Source: Ptychomitrium polyphyllum (taxonomy: Eukaryota). From it: 64,000 bases of DNA. Location: NCBI GenBank assembly GCA_973851085.1, contig OZ316776.1:1674001-1738000 (forward strand), given 5' to 3'. The notes beneath the pieces were generated by a model, which saw nothing but the letters and a program-made list of their open reading frames with translations, was not told where the DNA came from and searched no databases. Positions 10,701 through 23,097 of the stretch are shown here, piece by piece. A program made the translations under genes and the position numbers. Each line of letters opens with the position of its first letter. The stretch's first letter is position 1.

Positions 10701-13700
10701 AGACGTTGACTTGTCGCTCATGTGCGTGTGAAAAGGTCCATCACCATAGAATCATTAAACTTACTGTTAATTTAAACTTAGCTTTTGTGGAGGACTCTTT
10801 TGTGGATTTAGTTTTGCATTAAGAACCAAAATCCTTTGTTTGGATTCTTTTTTTTCCTTGAGGCCAGTTTAAGAGTAATAGATAAAGAAGATGGTAAAAA
10901 TTCTGTTACTATATCTTACTTGATTTGGAAAATTGTCTTTAGAGTCCAGTTTTCAAATTATGAAAGCAAGTTGGTAGAAACTTATGATGTTGTTTCTGCT
11001 CTACAAGAATTGTGGTCAGATGGAAAAGAATGGAAATAGTTGATTGTAGCAGTTTCTTTTTTAGTATAAAAAATTAAAACTTTTGCCTTAGCATAATTAA
11101 TGTCTATTTTTCTTGCTCCAAAGAAAGTTTTCCTAGTAAATGTTGCAATTTGTTTCATTCTTATAGCATCCATTTGTAAAATTTATATCAAATCCAACAT
11201 GTGTGTTATGCATTCAAAGAGCTTTCATTCTATAATCCTTGTCTATTTTTACATTACATAGGTTAAATTAACATAATGTATAAAAAATATAATGTGATCA
11301 AAATAAAATAAGAATAGTTATAAGAACTTATTCTTGAAATTTTCACATTTATAATTTTGTTAGTTCATTAAAGTGAGATTTTATACAAAATTTACAAATT
11401 GTATCATGTGGGTTTACATCATATCATAGAAATTTGCGAAAAAAATGTTTGTAATTTGATGAAAAAGGCATATTAATATAGTTATTTTCAAATAATGAAT
11501 ACACGTAATTTTGTAGTAGGAATTAAAGGTATAAATTTTTGAAGCTTATATGAATGAAGTAATAATTGCATTAGTTAATACAAAATTTTCTAAAAATAGG
11601 TCTAAATTTTGTTCCACTAATATTTTTTTTAATAAAAGATAGATGAATGTAATGTGCTATTGTAAATTTCCTCCACTCTTCAAATTAAAAATAACATAAA
11701 CTTCAAACAAAAAGGAGTATGTTATCTGCTTAATTGGAAATAGAAATAGAAATTAAATTAAATTTTTTATGTTGTCATTTTTTGGAAGTTGTTAGTGAAA
11801 ATCTAAATTGCAATTTAATTATTTTGGTTGAACTATTCTTTTTTGATGCTAACACTATAAAATAAAATTTTAGGATAAAATGTATTTGTACTTGTACATG
11901 ATTTATTACAAATGAATTGTAGTATGCATTAAAGGAAGAAAAAGCATAATTTTATTGATTCTTTGAAACATGTCTTGTTGGTTTGCATAAGCAATGTGAA
12001 ATTTAAAATTTATTAAAAATATCATTTAAAACATTCTTTGACAACTAGAATAGATCACCATCATGGTAGCAATGATGTAATTTTGACTTTAAGGCAATTA
12101 AACATGGTTATTGTTAAGAAAAACACGATTTTTTCTACTAAACAATATTCACAACAGAAAAACAAAATTCCAACACACTTTAAAATGTATGTTTTGAATA
12201 TTGTATGGAATTATTACAAATGTCCAAAATCAGGAATCTTGGGGTCAAAGAACTTTTATTTTAAGTGATTAGTAGGATTGCTGAAGAATGTTATGTTGTT
12301 GGAATGGAATGACACTTCACATTTCAAAATCACACTTGTTGGAAATTGTACACTTAGATAGATATGGTTTAACCATTTTTCAACCAGAATGTTTCTGCAA
12401 TTGGTTTGACTCAGAAGTTGTACATATATAAATATTGTTAAATAAATCAGGGAGCATTATGAAATGAAACTTATTGGATAACCTGTCATCTATAGTACAG
12501 TACAGGCATCAATCAGCGTCAGAATGAGGCAGATCCTCTGCGAAGTTGTGAACATGACAAATATAACATGTCACTTTTCAACTAGGAACCTTACCCTGCC
12601 AAGTTCCAGAGTCTGCAGACAGGCTCTATTAGTAGCAGAAAGTGTCAGTCCTGTTTTGTAGTGCTTGGTTTATTGGTACTGTTTCTGGTTCACAACGAAA
12701 GTTGTCATTTACTCACGCCAGTGGTATATTACATTGCACTGGTCCAACTTCCTGCCACCTTACTTCCATCCGTGTCATGTAGCTTACAATAATGTAAATG
12801 TGGAAGTACACAACTGTACAAACAAGCACACCCATCCCACAGTACACCTTCAACAGAATGAAAGCGAATAGCACCACAATAAGGCACACCAGTAACCTAG
12901 TTCTAGCCATGCATGTCAAACAGTCTAACCTATTTGACAACTTATTTGAAACTGTTCTACACAGCCTATCAAATGGGATCTCACAAAATATGCTTCCTTT
13001 TTGTCAATGTAGAAAATCTCATTCGTCTCAGATTTTGCTTTGAAACAACGAACGTGATACCACAATCTACTGCAGCGAACAGTCACCTCCAAATCTCACT
13101 CCAAAAAGCGATACACTTGATTGGTGTTGGTGTTCAGCCTCCAATCACAACTCCATGGGCCACCTCGACCTATGTTTTCTTATTGTGTGAAAGGCCATCC
13201 AGCACGCTTCCTCCCCAAGGTGGGCATTTCAACAACACCGTGCGTCCCCCTACCCGACGGACGCAGGCACCGTCCAGCGGTCGAAGAAAGTGGACAACTG
13301 CGCCGCACGTGACGCCGCACGTATTACGGGGATGCGATCGTCACTTTATTGCATGCCAGCGCGCCGTGCAACTCACCAGACGCACTCGCAATACTGGCAA
13401 CACTGCTGCCGCCCTCTCGATTCATGGTGCATGCACATCCAAACTTATATGTCCAATTCCCATTCTCAGCGCTCACATTGCTCCATTTCTTCACTATTAG
13501 AGTCATCACAGATACCTGATCGATTCACATCGTCGAGCTCAAGCTCAGTTCGCGTCACGAACCGATCAGCTAGATCGTTATGTCCAACTCCGGCATTGGC
13601 ACGGATTCTAACGTTCATGGCGAGAAGATTCTATAGTACTCGTCAGGTTATGCGGGAGAGACGTGGAACTAGGTTCATGGTGGTTTGTAAGCTAGACTGG

Positions 13701-13879
13701 CGATGGAGTACAGAGATTTTTAGTTTGGGAGATCGTCATGTGTGAGGATCCAGCTGCATGCGCAGGGTGAGGCGGTGAATCCGGTGGTCAGTTTATGATG
13801 AGAAGAGTGATTTGATTATGTCGTCGTCAGGCGGAGTTTGGTGGGAGTGGAGTAGTAGTATGTGATTGTGGTGTAATTG

Positions 13880-16844
13880 ATGGCGATGGCAATGATGTCG
13901 TCGACGTTATGGTGCAGGGCGAAGATGGTGACACTCGGTTGGGTTTTGCTCCTCGTCGTGGGTGCAAGATTGGTAGAAGCGCAGAGTAGTGTAAATTGTC
14001 GCAGTAACTCTGTAGATTTTTTTGTTCCACGCGGTAAGGGAGTTGATGATTTGGTGAGAGTGACGTACAGCAAGGGCTTGGGTGATGAGGGGAGAGAGAT
14101 AGGTGCACCGTTTTTGCAATGCTGTGGTTGGGCGAAGTTGCTTGATTCCACGCAGAGTAGTACTCGATCCTTGAACTGCAGTATTCTTGCTGACGGTTTG
14201 GGCCACCTCCACTCCAATGGCTCTTTGTCGCCAGATTTTTGTCTGCGCATCAATTCCTCCCTAAATAGCTACGTTGTCGCCGCTTCCGGAAGTGGACGCG
14301 CTAGCCATGGACATTGTGCATTGAGAGCTGATGCTGCAGTTTCATTGTCTCTGTACCTCAAATGGTTGTCCCCCGTCTCATCGTCGGAGTCATCGATTCT
14401 TGCGTCTGTGCAATCTCGCGCAGAATGTTCGAATGACGGCCATCCTTGCAGGCTCATCATCAGCACAAGATCATCAGAAGCGTTGGGCACGGTGGAGTGG
14501 GATGACGCTTTGTGGAGTGAGCAGCATGTGCTACTCTCACAGGAATATTTCGCTTCTTTTACTTACCAGACGAAGAATACGATCAAAGGTGAAGCCAAGG
14601 TTTTCGACTTTTCTGTGTCGAGCGTGAGGCCAATGCTCAGCATCTTGAAGCATGTCGAAGCTGCAAATGCTTTCCAATTAGGACGCCGGTCATTGCTGGC
14701 AAGCACCTGCCCTTGTTTACATCAAGCAGTAGATTCCGTAGCAATGAATGCTCCGGTAAATGTATCCATAGGATGTGTCTCACCAAAATGTCATTAACAA
14801 ATTTTTTTGAGTGTGTGCAGGCGACGAGAGCTGTCCAACGACCCGCTCCGCAGTTCCAATGGAGCATTTTCGTCACCGGGACGCTCATCAGCTTGGCAGG
14901 TATTTCGATGCTGGCAATGTTGTGTGCAGGAAAGAAGGAGGACGAGTCGCCAGGCGAGTTTCTCGACACAGTCCCTATTCTGCCGCCCCGGTTCTCTTAC
15001 TCGAAGCTACAAAAAGCCACGCAGAACTACTCCAGAAAGCTTGGTGATGGCGCGTTTGGATCCGTCTACGAGGGCACATTGCATAACGGGATTCGCGTTG
15101 CGGTGAAGATGCTGGAGAAGACGTCCGTGCAAGGGGAGAAGCAGTTCCGGGCGGAGGTTGCGTCCATGGGCGCCATTCGCCATCTCAACCTTGTCAGGTT
15201 GCATGGGTTCTGCTCCGAAGGTGCGCATCGCCTGCTCGTGTACGAGTACATGCCCAACGGTAGTCTCGATAGCTGGCTCTTCGGGAAGAAACAGGGCGAG
15301 AAGCTTCTAGATTGGGAACAACGTCTCAACATCGCACTGGGCACCGCGAGAGCCTTGGCATACTTGCACGAGGAGTGCAGTGATCATATTATTCACTTAG
15401 ATGTCAAGCCAGAGAACATCCTTCTCGACCATCAGTTCTGCCCCAAGGTAAGAGATTGCATCCTCCAAACTAGGGCTTCAATTAGCTGTTGCAATAAGCA
15501 GAGAGACATTTCAACCTAATTGCAATGCTGTTGTGGTGTTGGATTCTTTTGCAGCTGTCAGATTTTGGACTTGCGAAGTTGATGGATAGGGAGCAGAGCA
15601 GAGTAGTGACAAGTATGCGCGGCACGCCTGGGTACCTCGCACCAGAGTGGTTGCTTCCGCATGCTGCTGTGACTGCGAAGACGGACGTGTACAGCTTCGG
15701 CATGGTGCTGCTGGAGCTCATCAGCGGTCGCGAGAATACGAACTTCTCTCTGGGCAAGGAGCAGTGGTACTTCCCAGCGTGGGCTTTTAAGCTCATGGGC
15801 GAGGGGCGCACCATGGAGCTGCTCGACAAGCGGTTGCACGTCGAGGAGGTGGAGTATTTCCACAAAGAAGATGCCGTGCGCGCCATCCATGTCGCGCTCC
15901 TCTGCATCCAGGATGACCCTGCATCTCGCCCTGCCATGAGCCGCGTTGTGCACATGTTGCAAGGTCATATTGAGCCCGAGCCTCTTAACACTCGCCAAGC
16001 TGCCATCCAACCTCCGCGTCGTCTCGTGACGGCCTTCGCAGCCAGCGTGTGCGACACGGATCCCAGCAATGAGCTCAAACCTGAGAAGGTGCTCAACGTG
16101 GAGAAGCAGACTGACTCTAGAAATGACAGCCGCAAAAACTCCACGGATAGGAACATCATGATGGACAGTCGCAAAAACTCCACTGACAAGGCGGATAGCC
16201 GCAAAAACTCATGGTCGAATGATACTGTGCAACCTCACGACATCCTTCTCAGTGAGCTCCAAAGCGATATGCGCAGCGATCACTTCCAGAAACGAAATGA
16301 CATGAACCTCCACCGAGCTGCAGTTGCAACCAACAACATTAGCTCCCGCTTGCCAGTGGTCTCAGAATCACCCAGAATTCTCGAAGCACCCAAGCTGCCA
16401 CTGAGGGCGCCCCGACATGAGAGCTTAGAGGACTTGGAGGAGGACACCTTCAAGCTGGAGCCTGAGCTTCCACATGCCGTGCAAGAGGCCAGCCAATACC
16501 GAGCGAGCCACAAGGGAGACAGGCTCGCGGGTGTGCACACGCTGGGTTCCAACCCTAAGTGCATCCCGCCATGGCCAGTGAAGGGGGATGTGATTCTCCT
16601 GCGAGGGCCGCAAGGGGACTTCCATGGCGTTGTGAGAGATGTTCGAGTGCAGACGAAGCAGATGCGGTTGGGGTTACTGCACCGGTTGAGCTCGGAGACG
16701 CGGTGGAGTGTGCGAGAGGAGGAGACTATTTGGCGTCACTGGAATGAGTCCATCCGGACGTTGGATTTCTGGGTGGTTATACGGTGGGCGACCATTCCTG
16801 GACGTGGTTTCGAAAAATTTCCTGTGGAATGGCAGGTGAAGTGA
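13880..16844 (+). CDS. Receptor-like kinase, SD-2b-like non-RD kinase. Exons 13880-14755, 14821-15447, 15555-16844. Signal peptide, Cys-containing ectodomain, TM, kinase, long C-terminal extension
   Basis: Signal peptide MVTLGWVLLLVVGARLVEA; TM WSIFVTGTLISLAGISMLAMLC. Kinase motifs PRFSY, GDGAFGSVY, VAVK, GEKQFRAEV, HLDVKPENILLD, DFGLAK, RGTPGYLAPEW, DVYSFG. Two phase-0 GT-AG introns restore a single frame. Confidence 0.93.
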
Positions 16845-16969
16845 TTTACATCTGATCAAACGATTATGGTGCTTCCATTCTAGCCCTGCAGTTAGAGATT
16901 TTGGAGAACCAAATTCTCTGCATTGTGGGTAGAGCTTCGACCCAAGTTTGAGACGTCAATTGTGAGCAA

Positions 16970-18298
16970 TGCAGTTTCTCATCGTCCACTTGGAAGATCA
17001 AACAGCGTGAGCCGAATTAGCAGCTGGCAAAGAAAACTTGCGATGGTACTTGAAGTAGCTGTGATCTCTTGGTTCGATCGTCTGCCTCTAAGATGAAGTG
17101 ATTATGTATCTGCACGAGTAGGCATTACATTACTGTTAGTCACTTCGCACTTTTAACATTAAGCCTAGTTTGGCTTCAGTTATTCATAACGGACATTTCT
17201 GCCTCAATTTTGGTGTTTTGTTATTGATACTGGGAGTGCATTCTCCTCACTAAAAGAGCTCTTTGTAGTACAGAAGCTATGATCTTCTTTGCTTTCATTT
17301 TTCTTATCGTCTTATGCCCAGTCTGCAAAATTCCTGTGAGACTAATTTGGTTGTATTGAGAGGAAACCACAGCTTGAGCCATCGTAGATGATAAAATCTG
17401 CTAGTAAGGGCCGCCTTCCGCTCCCTGGGGAGTTAGAGAGTTTCAGCAATATGATTGGTCGATATTTAAATTCTCCTACTACGCTTTACACTTTGAAGAC
17501 AAATGAAAAAATGAATTGACCGTATATATGATAGCAATTATTGTCAGAAAGTCTTCTCTCATTGATCATTCTTAAAAATATTCTTTTGAATGGCAACCCA
17601 ATAATTGGTCAATGGGGGAACATTTTTTCCATCTTGATTATTTTCATGTCTTTCCATCTTTTTCCGTGGACTTTCTTGACCTAAAATACCCGTATCTTCG
17701 TCTAAAACTTTTAGTTTTGCTCCTCTCCTGCAGGAGAAATGTGCAAGGCCCTTAGGGGGCCCTTAGGGGAGTTCAGAGCTCGTGGATGGAATTTTTTGCG
17801 AACTGTACTTTTTTCACTTTGGCGTTCGAACTTGAGCAATGATTCAGTACTCTTATTTACTAACAAATATTTCATCCAGAATGTGAACAATGATTTGTTA
17901 GCAATGATTCGTTCTTAGCAAATAATTGGAGGTTTAGACCCACTTTGTAAGTTCGTACCTGTGGAAGTTTTGTGTATGATAAAAAAGTACTTTTGTGAGA
18001 TTCGATCATGCAGTTTTTCATCGTTCACTTGGAAGATCAGATAGTGGGAGGCAGTTTCCCAATTTGCAGCTGGCGAAGAAGACCGCTTCCAGCACTGGCA
18101 CTCGAAGCATCTCATGTAATCTCATGGCTTGATCATCTGCTTCTGATTTGAGCTGAATATTTATCATGAGCTGTAGGGATTAAACTGGTATAGTCTCTTC
18201 GCACTGGGAACGTTAATTCTAGTTTGGCTTCAGTTAATCTCAATGCACATATCTTCCTCAATGTTGATGGAGTTTTACGTTTTGTTATAGGTTCTGGG
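16970..18298. repeat. Diverged ~270-290 bp direct repeat pair (16970-17235 and 18009-18298)
   Basis: Collinear shared blocks tgcagttt.tcatcgt.cacttggaagatca, gcagctggc.aagaa, cttcgcact, ctagtttggcttcagtta, gttttgttat. Confidence 0.8.
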
Positions 18299-20374
18299 AA
18301 AAGTTATGGGAAAGCTTCTGTGCATATTGATCCTCACTACTGGTGTTTTGACCTTCTCGTCACTTCGGTTTGCAGAGGTCATTTCGGATTGATTTGATTG
18401 TGATGAGTTTACTTCTCCTTGAATCCTTATGTGGATCTTGGAATTGCTACTGATCATGGCAACTCAGGATGATTCCTGTAGTTCTGCATTTGAGCACAGC
18501 GTTCAGGTGTACACTTCGAGAAGAAAACTTTGGTATGGGTGTTAAGGGCATTTTTACTTCGTCGGAAAGTAAAGGCATTTCACCATGGTTACTTTTTGAC
18601 ATAGTCGCTATTAATTGCTGCTCCTGAGCATTTCATGGGTCGCATATCCACCGTTGCATTTCCGAAATGCTCCTTTGACGAAGTTTCATGAATGTTATTC
18701 GGATAATTTGTTTAAGTAGTCCCAAAAAGCGGAACTCCCGAGGGTATTCATCCGGTATGACGGAGTTTTGAATTGGGAAAGGTCACTTAATGACCGATAA
18801 TTTTCCCAAAACTTGCAATATTCTGGACAAGCGTACACCTTACCAAGATGAAATTCAAGTGGCCACAAGGACGAAGGTGACTCCGTCGTATGTTCTCCCG
18901 CGCTTGTTGCTAGATTCCCCTTCATTGAAGCACAACTTTGGATCCTTCCGGTTAGTGAGATGAGCAAGAATGTGGAATAATGTGAAAAATGCTTTTCCTT
19001 CGCCTCTACTATTGATCCGATCCCTTTGAACGACCAAGAAAGCTTTCACCTTTCAATGAGTGGTAGAAAAGTCGTTTGGTCTTTCAATTCGATAAGGTGG
19101 GCAAGCATGTGCCTATAAACACTTCCTTCCGTCTCTATGTACGGTCATTCTGCAAGGCTCCGACATCCTTTTGCTGTTTCTTCTTAGCTTCTGGCTTCAG
19201 TTACTTACCAGTTATACCGTTGGAGGGAGATTCTATCCTTGTGCTGTGGGATCCCTGTCTGGCTTGGGCATTCACGCGACTTCCTACCTACAACTCAGAT
19301 TTCAGTAGTTAATGTCGATCAGTATGGCCACTTGGAGGGCCCACGAAGCGCACAGCTGTTGTAACTAGCGGGAAGACTCCTTGGAATCAGGTAAATACAC
19401 ATCATCACAGAGTCCTAGTTTCAAATCTCTAGGACTCCGCTGTGAATAATCAGATAACTAGAGATTCAGGCCGTACTCTTGAGGTTTGTACTTGCTTCAA
19501 AACTCTCTGTCAATCGATCGACTGATCTGTACTTCAACAGAGGTTTTGAAAGCGTGCACCGCGTTGGCTTGTGGTAACCTGGACGCCATTTGAGACGTCG
19601 ACTTTAGAAAGAATCTTTGCAATACAGGCAAACGCATTGGGAATGCTCTGAGAGCGTGCCACAATAGATCGCTGTATTGCTAAAATTTGGCAGCCAAGCC
19701 GCGGGCAAGCCCTGAGCAGACATGTATAGATAGGAATCCTCCTACTGGTTTACAGATCTTTGAAGCAGGTCACACCCAGACAGCATAGAGTAACTGCAAT
19801 ATAAAGGCAAGTCCAGATTTGTTGTGGAACCTACATTTCTGTGTAAATTTCAGGCAGAGAAGAATCAACACTAGAAGAATTCTTGTATGCTCATTTGCCC
19901 CATCTTGACCCCGTTGGCTGAAGATCTTGCCTGTATATCTTTGAGCAAACATATCGACTAAAAATTGTCCCGTCCGATAACGTTGTAAAAGAGGGAGCCG
20001 TTATGAGAGAGGAGGCTAAAGAAGGGACTGGAGATGGGACTGGACGAGACAATTTCAATAAGACTTGTAGCTTTATTTATCATATGGGTTAACAAGAACA
20101 CGAAGTGCTTGTAGCACGACGGTAATTATAAAGAATTCTATGAAAGAAGAACTCACACGGCACCTTTGGCTACAAGGTATACTCACAACATACTATCAAT
20201 GTATAGGGTGTAAATAAGTACATAGCATCCCTAACACGTAAGGCAACGCAACAGGTAAGCAAACGTTCTATCTTTCACGATATATAGACTCACAAGAATT
20301 ATACATTCACACATTTGTAGCCTTTCTTGAACGGTCTTCAAAGATTCATTTTCTTCAGTAACTTAGTTCCCCGG

Positions 20375-20785
20375 CTAGTTCTCAGCCTCTTTAATCACGC
20401 GTAGGCTCATGATGAATTTGTAATTGTCAAGAGAGGGATACGGGAGCGTTATTCCTGGTCCCAGAGTGACCTCTCTGAACACCTTCGTTTTCTTGACAAC
20501 AGGCGCAGCTGCAGTCATCACGCTAAGAGACGAAGAATGAAGACCTGGATCTTCGTCGGAGACGGGAGCTCCTGCATTAATCAATCTAATTGCGTTGCAG
20601 TACACGTTTGGAGGGGTGCGCGCCTCTTTGGCCAAGTCTTGACGATGCGCTGAGAGGTCCTGCTGATCAGCAAGCACGCCATTGGAGTCATCACCAGTCA
20701 TCGCCGATGAAGCAGCAGCGACTGAGTTCATGCTCCTTTGCTCAAACTTGAAGCGCTCAACGTCTTGCTTGGCTGCCGAGGGCAT
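20375..20785 (-). CDS. Orphan intronless 136-aa ORF
   Basis: Open frame MPSAAKQDVERFKFEQ...KVFREVTLGPGITLPYPSLDNYKFIMSLRVIKEAEN with protein-like composition and AT-rich flanks. No family recognised. Confidence 0.4.
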   Translation of the reverse strand: MPSAAKQDVERFKFEQRSMNSVAAASSAMTGDDSNGVLADQQDLSAHRQDLAKEARTPPNVYCNAIRLINAGAPVSDEDPGLHSSSLSVMTAAAPVVKKTKVFREVTLGPGITLPYPSLDNYKFIMSLRVIKEAEN

Positions 20786-21131
20786 TCCCCCTCTGAAAGC
20801 TTACTGCTATACTGCAAAGAAATGAAGAATGATAAAACTGGCCGTGCACCAAGAGTTTGTTTCATCTAAAACCCTACTTCACGTCCCAATTGTGCAACAT
20901 ACACTTCAGTAAATAAAAGGGTCCCACGTCCTAATTTCCTTTTAATACTTATTATGCATGTTGTAACGACTCATCTATCTTATCAGTTATCCGCTCATCA
21001 GAGTCCTAGTTTCTGCTGCTTGACCTAGTAATCAGTTATCAGAATTTTTCTTCTCATCATATCGATACCACCAAATTTGACTTATACCATACCATAGACC
21101 TTATAAATTTTTAATCTAGAAATACTATAAC

Positions 21132-21489
21132 ATGAGTATATTGAGGAACTTTTGCGAGCCCCTGCTGCCCATCCACATCTTTCAGTAGATTCAAATCTGA
21201 AAGTAACTGTTGACACTTATTTGACCGTGTTGAAATAAGCGTGTTCAAGTTCATGGGGTGCAGGATTTTACAGGAAGCGGCCGCTTTGGTCATGCCCATG
21301 GATCCCATCTGGAGGTCAGCAGGGACGTCAGAAGCTTCATATTCAGAAGTAAGAGACGAAGTCCCATATGATCGCACAAAATTCCTCTACATTCCTTCCG
21401 CGGCATGTTAAAGGCAGCGAAGACGAGATCACTACGTGAAGAAGGACAAACAAAAGAGATGAAGTATGAAGTCTCGCAAATACCTCTAG
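21132..21489 (+). pseudogene. Decayed small ORF, apparently a distant relative of the palindrome ORF
   Basis: 21250-21308 aligns by eye with 2973-3064. It ends in the same C-terminal frame, DHYVKKDKQKR*SMKSRKYL*. Several stops. Confidence 0.35.
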
Positions 21490-23097
21490 AGCAATGATCA
21501 ACAGAAGGGATGCTCACCCTGTTCATTCATGGTGCCTGATTACACTTTCAGCACTCGCATCTCTGTTATCACTGCCACCGAATAGCGATAGGTAGAGTCC
21601 CCATGTCGTCGCGTCTCTCGTCTGAACTTGCACCATGTGTACTGTGGACTCTTTGACCATATAATACAGCCCTATCGGATATGTTCGTCTCAGTCGAATT
21701 CACACGCCACTTCCGTCAGGCACTGCAAACCCCGACGACCAGTTGGTACCAATCGGTTTCTGCTCGATACACCCAAACCAGAAAGCAGATTGAACCAACG
21801 ACGCTACGAACGCACACCTGATCTATGTGCTCGTTGATCTCCCTGTTGCTGGCTCCTCGCGGGAACGGGCGAGTGCAGATCGGGCAAGCTCGCAATCCTG
21901 TCATGACAACACGCCCGTCCAAGCGCATCAGCTCCTCAGCACAGAATCCCCATGCGTTCTCACCTGTACAGCTGTCATGTCAGGGGTGCACCGATCGCCG
22001 CCACAGAATCGCGCACGCACGAGGATCTGGCGACCTCACCTGACCGAATCACCGGCGAACTCCCACTTCACCACACCAAACTACAAGTGCGAAACGTCCT
22101 CCCTGCTGCACACCCGAGAGAGCGAGCTGCAACTCGGCCAGAACGTTCGCATACACATCTGCGCCGTCGACGTGGAATTCAGGGAACTCTGCCCAACATC
22201 TGTGGACGTGTCGTTGTGGACGTCCAAGGAGGTGGGAACGGCGGACGTTGTCGCCTCGTCCGGACAACCCCACACAAACAGCCTCCTCGGGCCCTCTGCA
22301 GAGCTATGGGATCAGGGTTCAGGGCGACGCTCACCTGGAGAAGCTCCGCTTGTTCCCGCAGGGTTCCTCCCCGGAGCCGTCGATGGTGAGGGCGGTGCTG
22401 GCCTCCAACCCGAAGATTCTGCAGCAGTCCGGTGCTCCACGTTCGTTTCTGGGCGAGAACCCAGCTCCGCTCTTTCACCTGGGCCAGACCGTTCTCCTCC
22501 GCAGCTCTTCGACCCACACTGCACGCCGACCTCAATGACCTCCCTCCTGCCAGGCTGGTCCGAAACCTCGCTCGAACGAGGCAGAACCGCAGACCTCCCT
22601 CCGATGATACCGCCACCATCACCGAGTTCGACAACCGGATCGATCGCAGCTGCACGGTGTCCGAGAGCTGCTGTCGTTTCTTGAGCTGCGCAACTCCTCA
22701 TCCCGACTTCCTCTGCGCCACTGTACACGTCCTGAGCTGCACACGATCCAGACTCCGACCGCGGGGGAAGGCCCTGATGTCCAAGCAGTTGAGGGCCATG
22801 ACTCCAGAACCATGATGACTACAGAAACTTGGACAGCAAACGCACGTCGTCACGCCGACTAAGGCTGGATCTGTAAGGACGAACGGCATAAACCCTAAAC
22901 CCTGGACCTGGACATGACGAGAGATGGCAGGATACGGCATGGAACCCTGCAGCAAGAGGGCCATCAGGCCACTCTACTCTGGCCCACCGATCCCACCAAG
23001 CTTCAACTGCCTTGCCTTGATCAGATTGAGTACCATCATGTCTAACAGCACCAGCAACCATACCAAGTTTTAGTGAAACTTGTCAGGCGTACATAGA
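21427..23097. repeat. Direct segmental duplication, copy 2; partner 3256-4926
   Basis: Near identity to 3256-4926. Confidence 0.97.

Noticed and set aside
10040..10740. GC-richer island with short ORFs; considered as a miRNA or small-peptide gene
   Set aside because: No known miRNA, extended hairpin or peptide motif recognised.
8400..12450. Very AT-rich blocks (also ~42.5-44.1, 55.3-55.9 and 59.1-59.9 kb) as specific elements
   Set aside because: Probably old deaminated TE debris, but I could not identify termini or protein motifs.
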